A stretch of 64,000 nt of DNA from Azolla caroliniana. Lineage: Eukaryota > Plantae > Polypodiophyta. Below are positions 37,739-51,395 of the stretch, piece after piece. Under the pieces are notes generated by a model. It made no database searches. It was not told the DNA's origin and saw only the letters and a program-made list of their open reading frames with translations. A program made the translations under genes and the position numbers. The DNA lies in contig JBHGNT010000012.1 of NCBI GenBank assembly GCA_043228905.1, positions 11,904,001 through 11,968,000 of the forward strand. Direction: 5' to 3'. How positions within the stretch are numbered: position 1 is the first letter of the stretch; each line of letters starts with the position of its first letter.

Positions 37739-38333
37739 GTCCGGCCAAAATAGGAGCCATTTGGTTGGACAACCCTAGATATGTACAACCTAGTGTGGGT
37801 TCCATTTCTTCCAAGCATGTTAGTAGTCTTCTCAGCCCTAGTACAAGTTAGGACACCTAGTTGTTAACTTCAAGTCCAAGCCCTCTTAGATACTGGAGCC
37901 AATTCTTGTTTCATGGATAGAGATTTTGCCCAAAAACACCAAATATCCTTGCATACACTTCCTTGTCCAGTTTCCGTAGTAGTGATTGATGGACGCCCCA
38001 TAGCTTCCGGGAAGATAACTGTCAGAACCAAGGATAAAAGATAGAGTGATGGAAGAAGGATAGAGAAGAATGGATGTATAAGATAGAGAAAGAAAGAGAA
38101 TGGATACAAGATATGTAATGAGAGCTAAAGACTGGTGTTGATTCGAATTGATTTGAGAATACATGTATGCGCTTATTTATAGGTTCCTATAGAATAGCTT
38201 AGAGATTTCTAGAATGTTCTAGAATGTTCTAGACCTAGAATGCTCTAGGACATTCTAGAACATTCTAGAATAATCTAGAGTTTTTACAATAATCAATGTA
38301 ATACAAGAAGTAGCTTTTATTGTTTCATATAAC

Positions 38334-38406
38334 AATAAGCTATCTTAATGGTTGAGGTTTTCAAGTATGAATTACAAGGTTCGAGGTTCAAGTCCGGGTG
38401 ACACCA
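38334..38406 (+). promoter_or_regulatory. tRNA-like A-box/B-box module in U3 of the I LTR (minus-strand copies at ~36078-36145 and ~44047-44115)
   Basis: TATCTTAATGG at 38341; GGTTCAAGTCC at 38385. Confidence 0.68.
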
Positions 38407-38412
38407 TAATGG

Positions 38413-41400
38413 TCATTTGTTCATGACACTATCCCTCCTTCGAGAACGCCGAGTGGAAGTCGGCGTTAACATTGTTGGGCCGGGCTTGTTTGGATAGTGA
38501 CAATGGAAGTCGTTGACCAGAGCTTCAGCATTACAAACGTTATCGATGGGTTCCCAAGTGCGATCACTCGGAGGATAACCAAGCCAATCAACTAGATAAA
38601 AAAGCTTATTGCGCACAATCTTAGAATCGAGAATAGCAGCTACCTCGTATTCGGGGCCGTCCACAAGTTGTATAGAAGGCGGTGGTGGCACGACACGATT
38701 AGGAATTAAAGAGGTGTGGCAAGGTTCCAAAAGAGAGCTATGAAAGACAGGGTGAAGCCGCATATGTGCAGGAAGGTTAAGACGAAGATGACAAAAGGAC
38801 CTAAGCGTTGATAGTCAAGCTTAGCACACGGTCGGGTAGTCTTGATGTGACGACGAAGCAACCATACACGGTCACCAACCTTAAACGGAGACTTAAGACG
38901 ATGTCGATCGGCATTGGTCTTATGGTGTGCTTGTGCTTTCTGAAGATGTGACGATAACTCGAACTGGATTTGTTGTAGTCGGTGGAGGTGATGCGCCGCA
39001 CTAGGGTTTCGTGACACCTCGGGAAGATCCAGTATACACCATCGAGGGTGGTTGCCGGTGTAGGCAAAGAAAGGTGTAACTTTGGTAGAAGAGTGGACCG
39101 TGTTGTTGTATGCAAACTCGGCAAGATGTAAAATTTTACTCCAATCATCTTGTTGATAACTAATGAAACATCGAAGATATTGCTCGAGCGTTTGATTTGT
39201 GCGCTCTATTTGTCCGTCAGTTTGTGGATGATAAGCCGAAGAGAGTTTGCAAGAGATTTTGAGGCCTGCCCATAGGTGCTTCCAAAAGTGTGAGATAAAT
39301 TGAGGACCTTGATCGCTAATAATATCATTCGGGAGACCATGATGGCGAAACACTTCACGCATAATGAGATCTGCAGTTTCTTCACTATTGATGGTCTTTA
39401 CACATGGTACAAAATGTGCCATCTTGGTGAACCGATCCACTACTGTTAAAATAGTATCAAAGCCTTTGGAAGGTGGCAGATCCGTAATGAAATCCATAGA
39501 AATAGACTGTCATGGCTTGTTGGGAGGGGGTAATGGTTGTAGTAAGCCATAAGGGTGATGCCGGGGTATTTTGGCGCGACAGCAGGTGTCACAAGTGCGA
39601 ACATAATCTTCGACAAATTTTTGCAAGTGAGGCCACCAAAATGAACGTTTCACCAGCTCAATGGTCTTGGAAATACCAAAATGTCCAGCCATGGGGGCAT
39701 CATGACAATGTTCCAACACTTGAAGTCGGGGTGATCCGTCGGGGACGTAAAGGAGATTCTTGTAGAAGAGTAAACCATCTTGCCACTTGAAGTCCTGATA
39801 ATGTTGAGATGACCCTGGCAATGTGGAGCAAGATGGACAACTTGAACCACAGTGGGCTAAGACATCCTTAGCAAAATCATCCGAATGAAGTTGTTGCCGA
39901 ATAGTGTCAAGAAGGGTAGAATCAAGTGGTGTGGCATAAATTGTTGTTACCTGTAGCTTTGATGGCCCAAGGAGAGTTTGCTTTTGATTGTCAAAGGCCG
40001 GATCTCCAGGTCGAAGGGCTAGATACGAACGCCGAGACAGAGCATCTGCTTTCCCTTGTTGTTTTCCGGGGCGAAAAATGATCTTGAAATCGAAACGCGT
40101 TAGAAATTGGGCCCACCGAGCTTGTCGTCTATTTAATACTCGAGCTGTTTGAAAATATGTGAGATTTTTGTGATCACTATAAATGATAATCTGATGAGGT
40201 GATCCTTCTAGAAAATGATGTCATTGCTCGAATGAGTCGACCACAGCTAGTAACTCCTTGTCATGCACCTCATAGTTTATCTCCGAAACAGTAAACTTTC
40301 TCGAGTGAAACGCGACTGGATGTATCTGCCCGTCCTCGCCTGGTTGCGATAGGATACTCCCCAATGCAAAGTCTGATGCATCCGCCTCAATAGTAAATGG
40401 CTTTTCAGGATCAATATGTGCTAGGATGGGTGCTGATGTGAATGCCTCTTTCAACTGCGTAAAAGCCTTGTCCGCTTCGATACTCCAAAAAAATGCTTGA
40501 CTTTTCTTGGTGAGTTGAGTAAGGGGCAACACAATGCTTGAATAATTATGTATGAATTTGCGATAGAAGTTCGCAAATCCGAGGAAACACTGGACATCCC
40601 GAACTGAGCATGGGGGTTTCCATTCCAATATTGTTTGGACTTTTGCCGGGTCCATGAAAACACCCTGGGATGAAATAGTGTATCCCAAAAATTCAACTTG
40701 TTTGCAATCAAAACTGCATTTCTCAAGTTTGGCGTAAAGACCATACTTCCTTAGGCGTTCAAGTACTTGCCGCACATGTATATCATGCTCCCCCTGTGTT
40801 TTAGAGTAAATCAATAGATCATCTAGGTAGATGATTAGAAAAATATCCAAGAAATCCCGGAAGATGTCATTTGCCATATGTTGGAATACGGCAGGTGCAT
40901 TTGTGAGCCCGAAAGGCATGACTGTATACTCAAAATGACCATACCGAGTACGAAACGCTGTTTTCCACTCATCTCCCGGCCGAATTCGAACAAGATTATA
41001 TGCACCCCTTAGATCAATTTTGGTAAAATGCTTTGCCCCACCAATGCGTTCTAAGAGATTGGAGATTAAAGGTAAAGCATACCTATTCCTTATGGTGACT
41101 TTATTTAAGCCTCGATAGTCCACAACCAAACGAAGGGAGCCGTCTTTTTTCTTCACAAAAAAGATAGGAGCACCAGCTGGAGACTTTGAATGTCGAATAA
41201 ACCCATGTGCAAGATTTTCCTCGATGTATTCTCGAAGAACCTCAAGCTCAGTAGGTGATAAATTGTAAATCGGACCCCACGGAGGCTCTTTACCTGGTTG
41301 GAGATCAATAGGACAGTCGTACGGCCGATGCTTTGGAAGAACACTAGCTTTGCCTTTGTCGAAAACATCAGCATAGTCTTGATATTTTTTGGGAATTTGG

Positions 41401-41424
41401 ATGTCTGAATTCCCTTGAGTGACA
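38413..41424 (-). pseudogene. pol: Inverted pol of I: RT, RNase H, integrase, chromodomain
   Basis: YLDD, EADASD, MDFITDLP, YEVAAILDS..YLVDWLGYPPSDRTWEP motifs. Confidence 0.93.
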
Positions 41425-43915
41425 GTAGGTCGAGACGTCAGGTAAATCAAATTCACTATGACAATAAAAATGAGTCCAACATTTTAGAAGCAGTTAATGA
41501 ATCTAATATTATGAATAATCCACCCTTGTCCAATAAGTTTGAAGTTTGAAGTCCTAACCCAATTAGAAGAGAAGTCAAACGAATAAGTACGACCAAAATA
41601 AGAGCGATTTGGTTGGACAACCCTAGATATGTACAACCTAGTGTGGGTTCCATTTCTTCCAAGCATATTAGTAGAGTCTTCTCAACCCAAGTACAAGTTA
41701 GGACACTGAGTTGTCAACTTCAAGTCCAAGCCCTCTTAGATATTGGAGCAAATTCTTGTTTCATGGATAGAGATTTTTCCCAAAAACACCAAATATCCTT
41801 GCATACACTTCCTTGTCTAGTTTCTGTAGTAGTGATTGATGGACGTCCCATAGCTTCCGGGAAGATATTCGAAGAGTCTAAGCCAATGCACATACTCTTA
41901 GGTGATTTAGGATGTGTAGTGTCCTTTAACATAATCCGTACACCTGAGCATCCAATTGTCCTCGGTTTGCCATGGTTCGAGCTACATAACCCTAGAATCG
42001 ATTGGAGGAAGCGAGAAATTTGGTTTCCTTCAGCAGAAAATATCATTGCCAAGGATCGAACTCAAGGTTATTCTCTTGAAGAATATAGTTCTACCAATGC
42101 ACCATCTCCTTTTCATCAAATTTCAGTCACATTGCAACAATGGCGCCAAGTGGGAGGCAAGGAGGACCTTTTCTTATTTGCAGTATCAGTGACACCTTCT
42201 GGTGCCACTCAAGGGAATTTAGACATCCAAATTCCCAAAAAATATCAAGACAATGTTGATGTTTTCGACAAAGTCAAAGGTCGTGTTCTTCCAAAGCATC
42301 GACCGTACGAGTGTCCTATTGATCTCCAACCAGGAAAAGAGCCATTGTGGGTTCCAATTTACAATTTATCACCCATTGAGCTTGAGGTTGTTTGAGAATA
42401 CATTGAGGAAAATCTTGCACATGGTTTTATTCGACATTCAAAGTCTCCAGGTGGTGCTCCTATCTTTTTTGTGAAGAAAAAGGACGGCTCCCTTCGTTTG
42501 TTCATGGACTATCGAGGCTTAAATAAAGTCACCATAAGGAATAGGTATGCTCTACCTTTAATCTCCAGTCTCTTAGAACACATTGGTGGGGCAAAGCATT
42601 TTACCAAAATTGATCTAAGGGGTGCATATAATCTTGTTTGAATTCGAACGGGAAATGAGTGAAAAACTGCATTTCGTACTCGATATGGTCATTTCGAGTA
42701 TATAGTCATGCCTTTCAGGCTCACAAATGCACCCGCAGTATTTCAACATATGGCAAATGACATTTTCCGGGATTTCTTGGATATATTTCTCATCATCTAC
42801 CTAGATGATCTATTGATTTACTCTAAAACACAGGAGGAGCATGATATACATGTGCAGAAAATACTTGAATGCCTAAGAAAGTATGGTCTTAATGCCAAAC
42901 TTGAGAAATGCAGTTTTGATTGCAAACATGTCAAAATTTTGGGATACACTATTTCATCCAAAGGTATTTTCATGGATCCAGCAAAAGTTCAAACAATATT
43001 GGAATGGAAACCCCCATGCTCAGTTCGGGATGTCTAGTGTTTCCCCATATTTGCGAACTTCTATCGCAAATTCATACGTAATTATTCAAGGATTGTGTTC
43101 CCCCTCACCCAACTCACCAAGAAAAATCAAGCATTTTTTTGGAGTATCGAAGCGGACAAGGCTTTTACTCAGCTAAAAGAGGCATTCACATCAGCGCCTA
43201 TCCTAACGCATATTGATCCCGAAAAGTTATTTACTATTGAGGTAGATGCGTCAGACTTCACATTGGGGAGTATCCTATCGCAACCAGGTGAAGACGGGCA
43301 GACTCATCCAGTCGCGTTTCATTAGAGAAAATTTATTGTTTCGGAGATAAACTATGAGGTGCATGACAAGGACTTACTAGCTGTGGTCAACTCATTCGAG
43401 CAATGGAGTCATTTTCTAGAAGGATCGCCTCATTAGATTATCATTTATAGTGATCACAAAAATCTCACATATTTTCAAATAGCTCAAGTATTAAAGAGAG
43501 GACAAGCTCAATGGGTCCAATTTCTAACGTGCTTCGATTTCAATATCATTTTTCACCCTGAAAAACAACAAGGGAAAGCAAATGCTTTGTCCCAACGTTC
43601 ATATCTAGCTCTTCGACCTGGTGATCTGGCCTTTGATAATCAAAAGCAGATTCTCCTCGGTCCATCAAAGCTACAGGCAACAACAATTTATGCCACGCCA
43701 CTTGATTCTAGCCTTCTTGTGACTATTCGGCAACAACTTCACTCTAATGATTTCGCTAAGGATGTCTTAGCCCACATTGGTTCAAGTCCTCCATCTTGCT
43801 CTTCTACAAGAATCTCCTTTACGTCCATGACGGATCACCCCAACTTCAAGTGTAAGAACATTGTCATGATGCCCCCATGGCTGGACATTTTGGTATTGCC
43901 AAGTCCATTAGCTGG
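41425..43915 (+). pseudogene. pol: Second forward copy of I: gag end, PR, RT, RNase H
   Basis: Duplicates 37583-38017, then overlaps in content with the inverted segment; many stops. Confidence 0.9.
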
Positions 43916-44371
43916 TGCAACACTCATACCAACCACTTAAGTTCATGTGAATGCACTTTTCCTTCACATTTACTTGGACTTAATGATTTACTCTGAGAAA
44001 TCGAGTATATCAATGGAACACAAGTGTCATGAACACATGACCATTATGGTGTCACCCGGACTTGAACCCCGAACCTTGTAATCCATAATTGAAAACCTCA
44101 ACCATTAAGATAGCTTATTGTCATATGAGAGCATAAAAGCTACTTTTTGTATTACATTGATTATTGTAAAAACTCTAGATCATTCTAGAATGTTCTAGAA
44201 TGTCCTAGAACATTCTAGACATTCTAGACATTCTAGAAATCTCTAAGCTATTATCTAAGGGCATACATGTATTCTCAAATAAATTCGAATCAACACTAGT
44301 CTTTAGCTCTCATTACATATCTTGTATCCATTCTCTTTCTTTCTCTATCTTAATACACCCATTCTTCTCTT

Positions 44372-47206
44372 AGCATACCTTGGTTTTTTAATAAAAACCC
44401 TTCTGTGTCCATTGATTGGGTTAATCACTCAATCACATTTGAACTTAATAATTGTAAACATTTTATTCAATGTTCCAAACTTCCTTCTCGTTTACTTGTG
44501 TCTTGTAAAACTTTAAGTTAGTATTCTAGTTCATTAATTTATTCGTGTGTAATTGATCCCGCGCTTCAATTCTATTATTTTAATCTTGATGCCACAAAAT
44601 TACTAAATTATGAACGACAATTACTCGACTCTATTTTAGACGATTTGCAAGACATGTTTCCTAATGAATTGTCGCTTACTTTATCACCAAAACGTAATGT
44701 GAACCACCAAATTGAACTCATCCCTCGTGCTGCTCTTGTGAGCATTCCACCTTATTGACTTAGTCAATTAGAAGAGAATGAGATTGCAAAACAACTTAAG
44801 GAACACTTGAATATGGGTCACATTAGGTATAGTAAATCACCGTGGGGTGCGCTAGTTCTATTAGTTAGGAAGAAGGAAGATTCATGGCGAATATTTATCA
44901 ATTATCGTTGTTTGAATAAAATGACAATTAAAAATGCATATCTGTTACCATGCCGATGATTTGATTAATCGTTTGCATGGGACCCGATATTTTTCGAAAA
45001 TTGACTTACGAACAAGTTATCATCAGATTCGCATTGCCGAGGATGATATTCCTAAAACCGCTTTTCGTACACGCTATGATCATTATGAGTTTTTGGTCAT
45101 GCCTTTCGGGTTGACTAATGCTCCGGCCACATTACAACAAGCGATGAATGACGTTTTCCAAGAACAAGTTGGAGATTTTGTTGTCATCTGCTTGGATGAT
45201 ATTCTCATATATAGCCATACCTTGCAAGCTCATGTTTAACATGTTCGATTTGTTTTGCAAAAGTTGCGTGACAACTCTTTCTATGCAAAACATTCAATGT
45301 GATTTTTTCCAAAAATGTATTGTGTACCTAGGTCATTTAATTACAGAAAATGGCGTTGAAATTGAACCTTCTCGTATTGAAAAGGTTAAACTTTGGCCCA
45401 TTCCTCGTAATATTCATGAACTTCAATCATTCTTAGGATTTGTTGGAGTTTTATGAAAATCAATTCGTAACTATTCCAAATTTACTACGCCATTAACTGA
45501 CCGTTTAAAAGGTCATCCACGTAAGTTTGTCAAACCAATTTCCTGGAATGAAGAACTTGACACATCATTTGAGACACTCAAAGAGCATGTTTGTCAGGCT
45601 CCAACTCTTCTATTACTAGACCCTTCCAAGCCTTTCTCAATCGAAACCTATGCTAGTGATTACGCTATTGGTGCCGTACTTTATCAAGGTGGTCACCCTA
45701 TTGCTTTTGAAAGTAAGAAGCTTGATGTTGCTCAATCATGGTATTCGGTTAAAGAGAAATAGTTGTTCACGGTAATACATGCACTAAAAACATGGAAGCA
45801 TTATCTCTATGGAAATCAATTTGTGGTTACAATGGACCATCAATCCTAAAAGTATTTTTGTGACCAACCAGATCTTGTTGGTCGTAAAGGCCGTTGGGCT
45901 AACCTTAGGCAAGATTTTGGTTTTTCCATACGGTATCGCAAGGGTTCTATGAACACTATTGTAGATGGTCTTAGTCGCATTAAAGAAGTTAACATGCTTT
46001 CTTAGCTTCACGTAAATAAAATTTGATCTTTTAGATCACCTTCGTAGGAAATACCTTGATGACAGTTATTTCTCAAAATACTGAACGAAAGCCGAATGTG
46101 GTTTAGATGCCGTTACTAGCACCCTACCCTCGAAGGCGACCTTTCACATTACAAACGGTTTGCTCTACCGTAGTGGAAAGGCCTGTGTTCCAGATTTACT
46201 AAACATAAAACAGAAAATTCTCCATGAACGTCATGATGCACCATCTATTGGTCATCTTGGAATACAACACACACTCGTTCTCATCTCGAATACTTTTTTC
46301 TGGCCTAAGATGCACTATGACTTGCATAAATATGTGACTCAATGCTTACAATGTCAAATTAATAAGTCGAAACGACTTAAAGCTGCTGGTCTTTTACATC
46401 CCTTAGATATTCCCAACAACAAATGGGAAAGTATCTCGATGGATTTTAGTGTTGGTTTACCTCGTACACAAAGGGGTCATGATGCCATTTGGGTTGTCGT
46501 TGACCGACTAACAAAATTAGCTAGAGTTATTCCAACCAAAACCATAGTTACCACTCAACAATTGGCTTATCAATTTGTTGATGAGTTATTTCATTTTTAT
46601 GGATTACCGATGGATATTGTTAGTGATCGAGATTCGAAGTTTACTAGTGACTTTTTGACTCAGGTCTTTAAGAAGCTAGAAACTGCGTTGAGCATGAGTT
46701 CCATAGATCATCCTCAGTCTGATGGATAAACTAAACAAGTTAATCAACTTATTGAGGACATGCTTCGAGTTTATGTAGCAAAAACCACTTCCAAGTGGGA
46801 GCAATACCTTCCTATCTTAGAATTTTCCTATAATATCTCAAAACATACATCCACTGGATATAGTCCTTTTATGTTGATGTATGGTTTTCAGCCATGTGCC
46901 CCAGTCGATGTTATGATTCATTGTGATACATTAGACAGTACACGCATTTTTTTGCAAGAAATGAACCAAATGTTGCATATTGCCAAAGAAAATGTCAAGA
47001 CAGCTCAAGATCGTACTCGATTTTATGCTAATCAAGATGGACGTCCTCGTGCATTTACTATTGGTCAAAAAGTTTTTTTGCGTATCCCTACTGACTCTAT
47101 GTCATTGTATACGAGCAAGTGCGCTAAGTAAGCCCCACGATATTGTGGCCCATATGAAATCCTTAAGCGACTTGGGTCATCTACTTATCACATTGCCTTA
47201 CCTCGT
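44372..47206 (+). pseudogene. pol: pol of F (PR end, RT, RH, IN), decayed
   Basis: [33 protein letters not shown] motifs. Confidence 0.9.
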
Positions 47207-47900
47207 TGTCGAGGTATTCCTCGCGGATGCGTGGAATGAGGCGCGGCCTCGAGGGTCTTGTACCGAAGAGCAAGAGACAAAGGAGAAGGGAAGGGACCCA
47301 CTACGAGTGGGCGTAGATTCACAGGGACACGGCCCTTCGACACAAAGACGCGAGTGGGACACGACGCAGAGAGACACGAATGTATGTACATATATATTAA
47401 CAAGGACAAGCTACAAGAAGCACGAAGTCGGTTACAACCGAACAGGCCAGTGAACAGATGCCGATGCCTGTTCGTAAACGCTCAGAAAGAAAGGAGTAGG
47501 TGGGAGGTGCTGCCGGAAGCACTCGGGCATTCCTCAGAGCAGCGCGAGCCTCCCCGAAACCCTGCACAGAAAGAAGCTACGGGGTATGGAAGAGAGAGAA
47601 GCCTTCGGTCCGCAACCCGACAGCACTTCGTCCTCTCTCCGCGCGATCCCTCACTCCTCCTCGTCTCCCTCCTTTTATAGGCAAGAAAGGAGTCGTTTCC
47701 CATTAACTACCTGCCGGATCTACCTACCTAGGATCTTCTATGTACTACATAAGACGCACGTGCATGAAGAGCCGGTTCCTACGCTCCGGTACACCGATTC
47801 CGCTTGTGGACGGTTTTCTTCACGACATCCGCCCCCACCTAACCGCGCATCCACCGGCATGCGCCAAATTGAGTTGGGACGGAGAAAACCGGTCCAGCCT

Positions 47901-50900
47901 TCATTCCCTGCCCGTCGGTTCTTCCTCGGTTTCGGATCGTTCGTCGTCGTGGTCCAGGTTAACCGGATCCGGCTCGTCGTCGTGACGCTTCTTGAACGCT
48001 TTGATCTGCTTCCCAGCTACCGGTAACGCCATTCTCGTGCCGTCGAGCTCCGCCAGATGGTACGTCCCGTTGTCGTTGGCGCTTTGTACCACGTAAGGCC
48101 CGAACCACCTTCTTGCGAACTTCCGTGTCGCTCGGTGCTGGTTGTCGAGGCTGTTGTCGTAGACTAGCACCCAGTCGCCTTCCTCGATCTTCTTTGGTCG
48201 GAGCCGGTGCGTCCGGTCGTACCGGGCTTTGTTCCTCGTCCTTGCCACCCGAAGCTTTCCCGCAGCCTGCTCCACGTCCTCCGGTCTTCGCTCGAGCTGT
48301 CGTATGCGCGCCGCCAACAGTTCCTCCCGGCTCATCTCGTCTTTCCAGTCCACGGTTGTCCATGAGGAGATCGTACGTTCCATCGGCATGATCGGCTTCT
48401 GCCCAAACATGAGCTCTGTCGGCATGAATCCGGTTACCGAACTATGCGTAGTTCGGTCCGCCCACAACGCATAAGGCAACAGCCGCGGCCAGTTCCCGAC
48501 TTGACCTCCGCATGCCTGAACTAACGCCTTGACGATCGGTCCGTGTCCTCGCTCCACCTTCCCATTCGCCTCCGGATTGTACGCAGTGGTAAGCGAGAGC
48601 TTGACTCCTAGCCGGTCGAACAGCTCCTCGACCTCTTCGGCATCCAAATCCCCGCGATCAGCCACGATCTTCCCGACGCACCCGTACCGGCATATCACGT
48701 CCTCGATCAGGAACCGACATACGGCCGCGGTCGTTTTGTTCTGAAGGGCTCGGCCTTCCACCTGGTTCGTCAGATCTTCCCGAGCTAGGACCAGATACCG
48801 CATCTGTCCTACTCCCATCGGCATCGTCACCAGATCTACCATCCATTTGAAGTGGATGGTCGGAGGGTACGTAGGGTGAAGCTCATCCCGATGTCGGACT
48901 ATGGAGTGCATCTGACAGCTCTCGCAAGTTGTCACGAACCGATGCACGTCCCGGTACAGTCCCGACCACCAGTACTTCCCCTTTATCTTCTCAAACGTGG
49001 CCCACGTTCCACGGTGTCCAGCCCAAGGGCTGTCGTGGTAGGCCGTCAGCAGCTCCTCCTGTTCTTCCTTCATCGCCACCACCCGGAGCGGGACGTCGTT
49101 CCTCTTCTTCAGGTGCTTCCATGAGTATCCGTCCCGGAGAAAGAATCGGTATGCTTTCTTCCGGATCCGGTTGGCCTCGTCCCTCGTCCACGACGCATCC
49201 GGTGTCATTGTCCTCAAGAAACCACCGATCTGGATCCACTCGCCGTCGTACTTGCTCTCGTCGAAGCCGTTAAGCGCCGGAGCGCTCGTCCCATCGGTCG
49301 TCACGTACGCTGCCTCGAAGAAGTCCACGCCGACTTCTTCGTCCTCCGAAACCATGCCGCCCTCGTCATCAAACCTCGCCCTCGAAAGCATGTCGGCCAT
49401 GGCGTTGTCCTTTCCGAAAATGTGTCGTATTTCCGGGTCCAGGGACTTGATGTATGCTATCCACCTGAGCATCGCCAGGTCCGGTGTCGCGCATCCGGAA
49501 ACCATGCCGAGAATTGGGAGGCAATCCGTCTCGATAATCACTTCTGTCCCGATCAGGTAGTCTTTGTCAGCCTTTAATGCCGAAACGATACCCCAGAGTT
49601 CTCGTTTAACCTGGGCATACCCTCGTTGTCGCTCACTGAGGACCTTCGCGCCGAATCGGATCGGGAACCGAATGTCGTCCTCATCTTCTTGGTTGACGAC
49701 CCATTCGATCCCGGTCGGACTCGTATCCACCGTTATGTATACCGGGGTACCCTTCTCGTAGACAGCCTTCCGAAGCGCCGGTGATGCCGCAAGAGCTTCC
49801 TTCAGCTTCCGGACCGACTCCGTGTGCTCGTCTCGCCACTCGAATTTTTGCCCTTTCTTCAGCAACCCGTATAGCGGCTCCGCAACGTGGGCGTAATGCG
49901 GGATCCATACGTGGTAGAATGTGCACGCCCCCAGGAACCTCTGAACTTCCGTAAACGAGCTACAATCGGTCTTCATCGTGGAGATGGCTTCTACTTTTGC
50001 CGGAGACGGCTTCCGGCCATATGGTCCACATAGGTGTCCGACCACCAGGATTTCTGATTGCCCGAAGGCCGATTTCTCCCCGGAGAAGGTGAGCCTCGCA
50101 CCCTCTAGCCTTTGTAGCACCCTTTCGCAGTCGTTGATATGTGTTGCCACGAATCGCCGGCATCCGTCCGGCCCGAGTGTCTCGTCTTTCTCTTCCACTG
50201 GGCACCCCTTTATCGGGATATCGTCTAGAAACGGCATGGTTATGTCCGGGATGCAATCCCTCAGTACTTTGTTCATTGCATTCACCATGTGGGCCACCGA
50301 GTTGGTCCCTCCTTGTGGCAGGGTACACATTCGCACTAGGCCGAGGGGAGTTCGCATCGTCGTAATGTCTCTGCTCTCCACGGCTAGCTCGAACTGGTCA
50401 TACCCCGAGTACAGATCACCGACCGAGTAAATCGACCTTCCGGCGAAGGCCTCCACGAACTCGTCTATGGTCGGTCCAATTCCTGTGTTTCGAATGGTCA
50501 CTCTGTTGACCAGCTGCAGGTCTTGAATGAAGCGCAATGTTCCGTTTTTCTTTGGTACGGTAAACCATCGGTTCGAGTATGGGGCATTCGATGGTTCGAG
50601 AATGCCCATATCGACTTTCTGCCTCAATAGCTCCATCAACTTCGGGATGTGAGCTCTCGGTACTGGAATCGGCTTGAGATTCCACGGCACATGTGGTACC
50701 GTGAATATCACCATCGGCTCCACGATTGTCGGGTCTACGCACCCGATCTCTTCCGGTGAGAACGTGAAAGCTTTCCTGTGCCTTCCGAGCATTCTCCGAA
50801 ACCGGTCTTCCTCCGCCGGCAGTAGGAACCCGCCCCCACCGATTTTGAGCTCTCGGAGCGTCCCGTCGGTGAGGGTGTCCTATGCAGACCGGATCTCGTA

Positions 50901-51395
50901 AACTGGGGTCCGACGCAACCCCTCTGATTCGGGACTCGCTGCCCTCCGGTAAGGGTGCCGCGACTGGCCTTACCTTTCGGTCCACCGTCTTGTACTTCGT
51001 GCTAACCCGGGCCGTCCGATCCGACCCGAGCCCCTGACTGAAGTTCGCGATGACTTCGTACATCTCTTCGGAACATACCGGTATTGTCCGGTCTTCGTTA
51101 AGGCCTTCTCCGGCTACCTCCCTCAGCATTCCCAAGGTGTCGTCGAAGGAGACCGCCTCCACGGCTCCACTGATTTGCTCGTCCGGGCCAAGAACTCCGC
51201 ACGCTCGAAGTCGCTCCTCCGCCCTTGCCTTTTCTCGGCCAACGATGCCGACCATCACACACCCTCCGTTGTTGGAGAAGCAAAATTTCCTACCTATCGT
51301 ACAAGGTTTCTTCGGTTTCGGTTCTATCGTACAGCTGTGGGGTCTTTCCTGAGTGTTCGGACTGCCTCGGCCCCACGCCTTGGCAGCCCTCTCTA
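47901..51395 (-). pseudogene. pol: ORF2 of M: RT-RH-IN (one frameshift near 50875; 963-aa open portion)
   Basis: LPQGGTNS, FLDD, VDTSP, YNPEANGKVE, WFGPY motifs. Confidence 0.92.

Larger units (their letters stand above)
36056..44370 (+). mobile_element. Element I: Tcn1/Tf1-sushi-like chromovirus, rearranged by duplication and inversion
   Basis: LTR copies 36056-36483 (+), 38020-38428 (-) and 44025-44370 (+, truncated); gag-PR forward; inverted RT-RH-IN-chromodomain 38429-41424; second forward PR-RT-RH 41425-43915. Confidence 0.88.

Noticed and set aside
51282-51288. Second slippery site A_AAU_UUU in M
   Set aside because: Not in the codon phase of ORF2 (reads AGG AAA TTT TGC), and not needed to join the frames.
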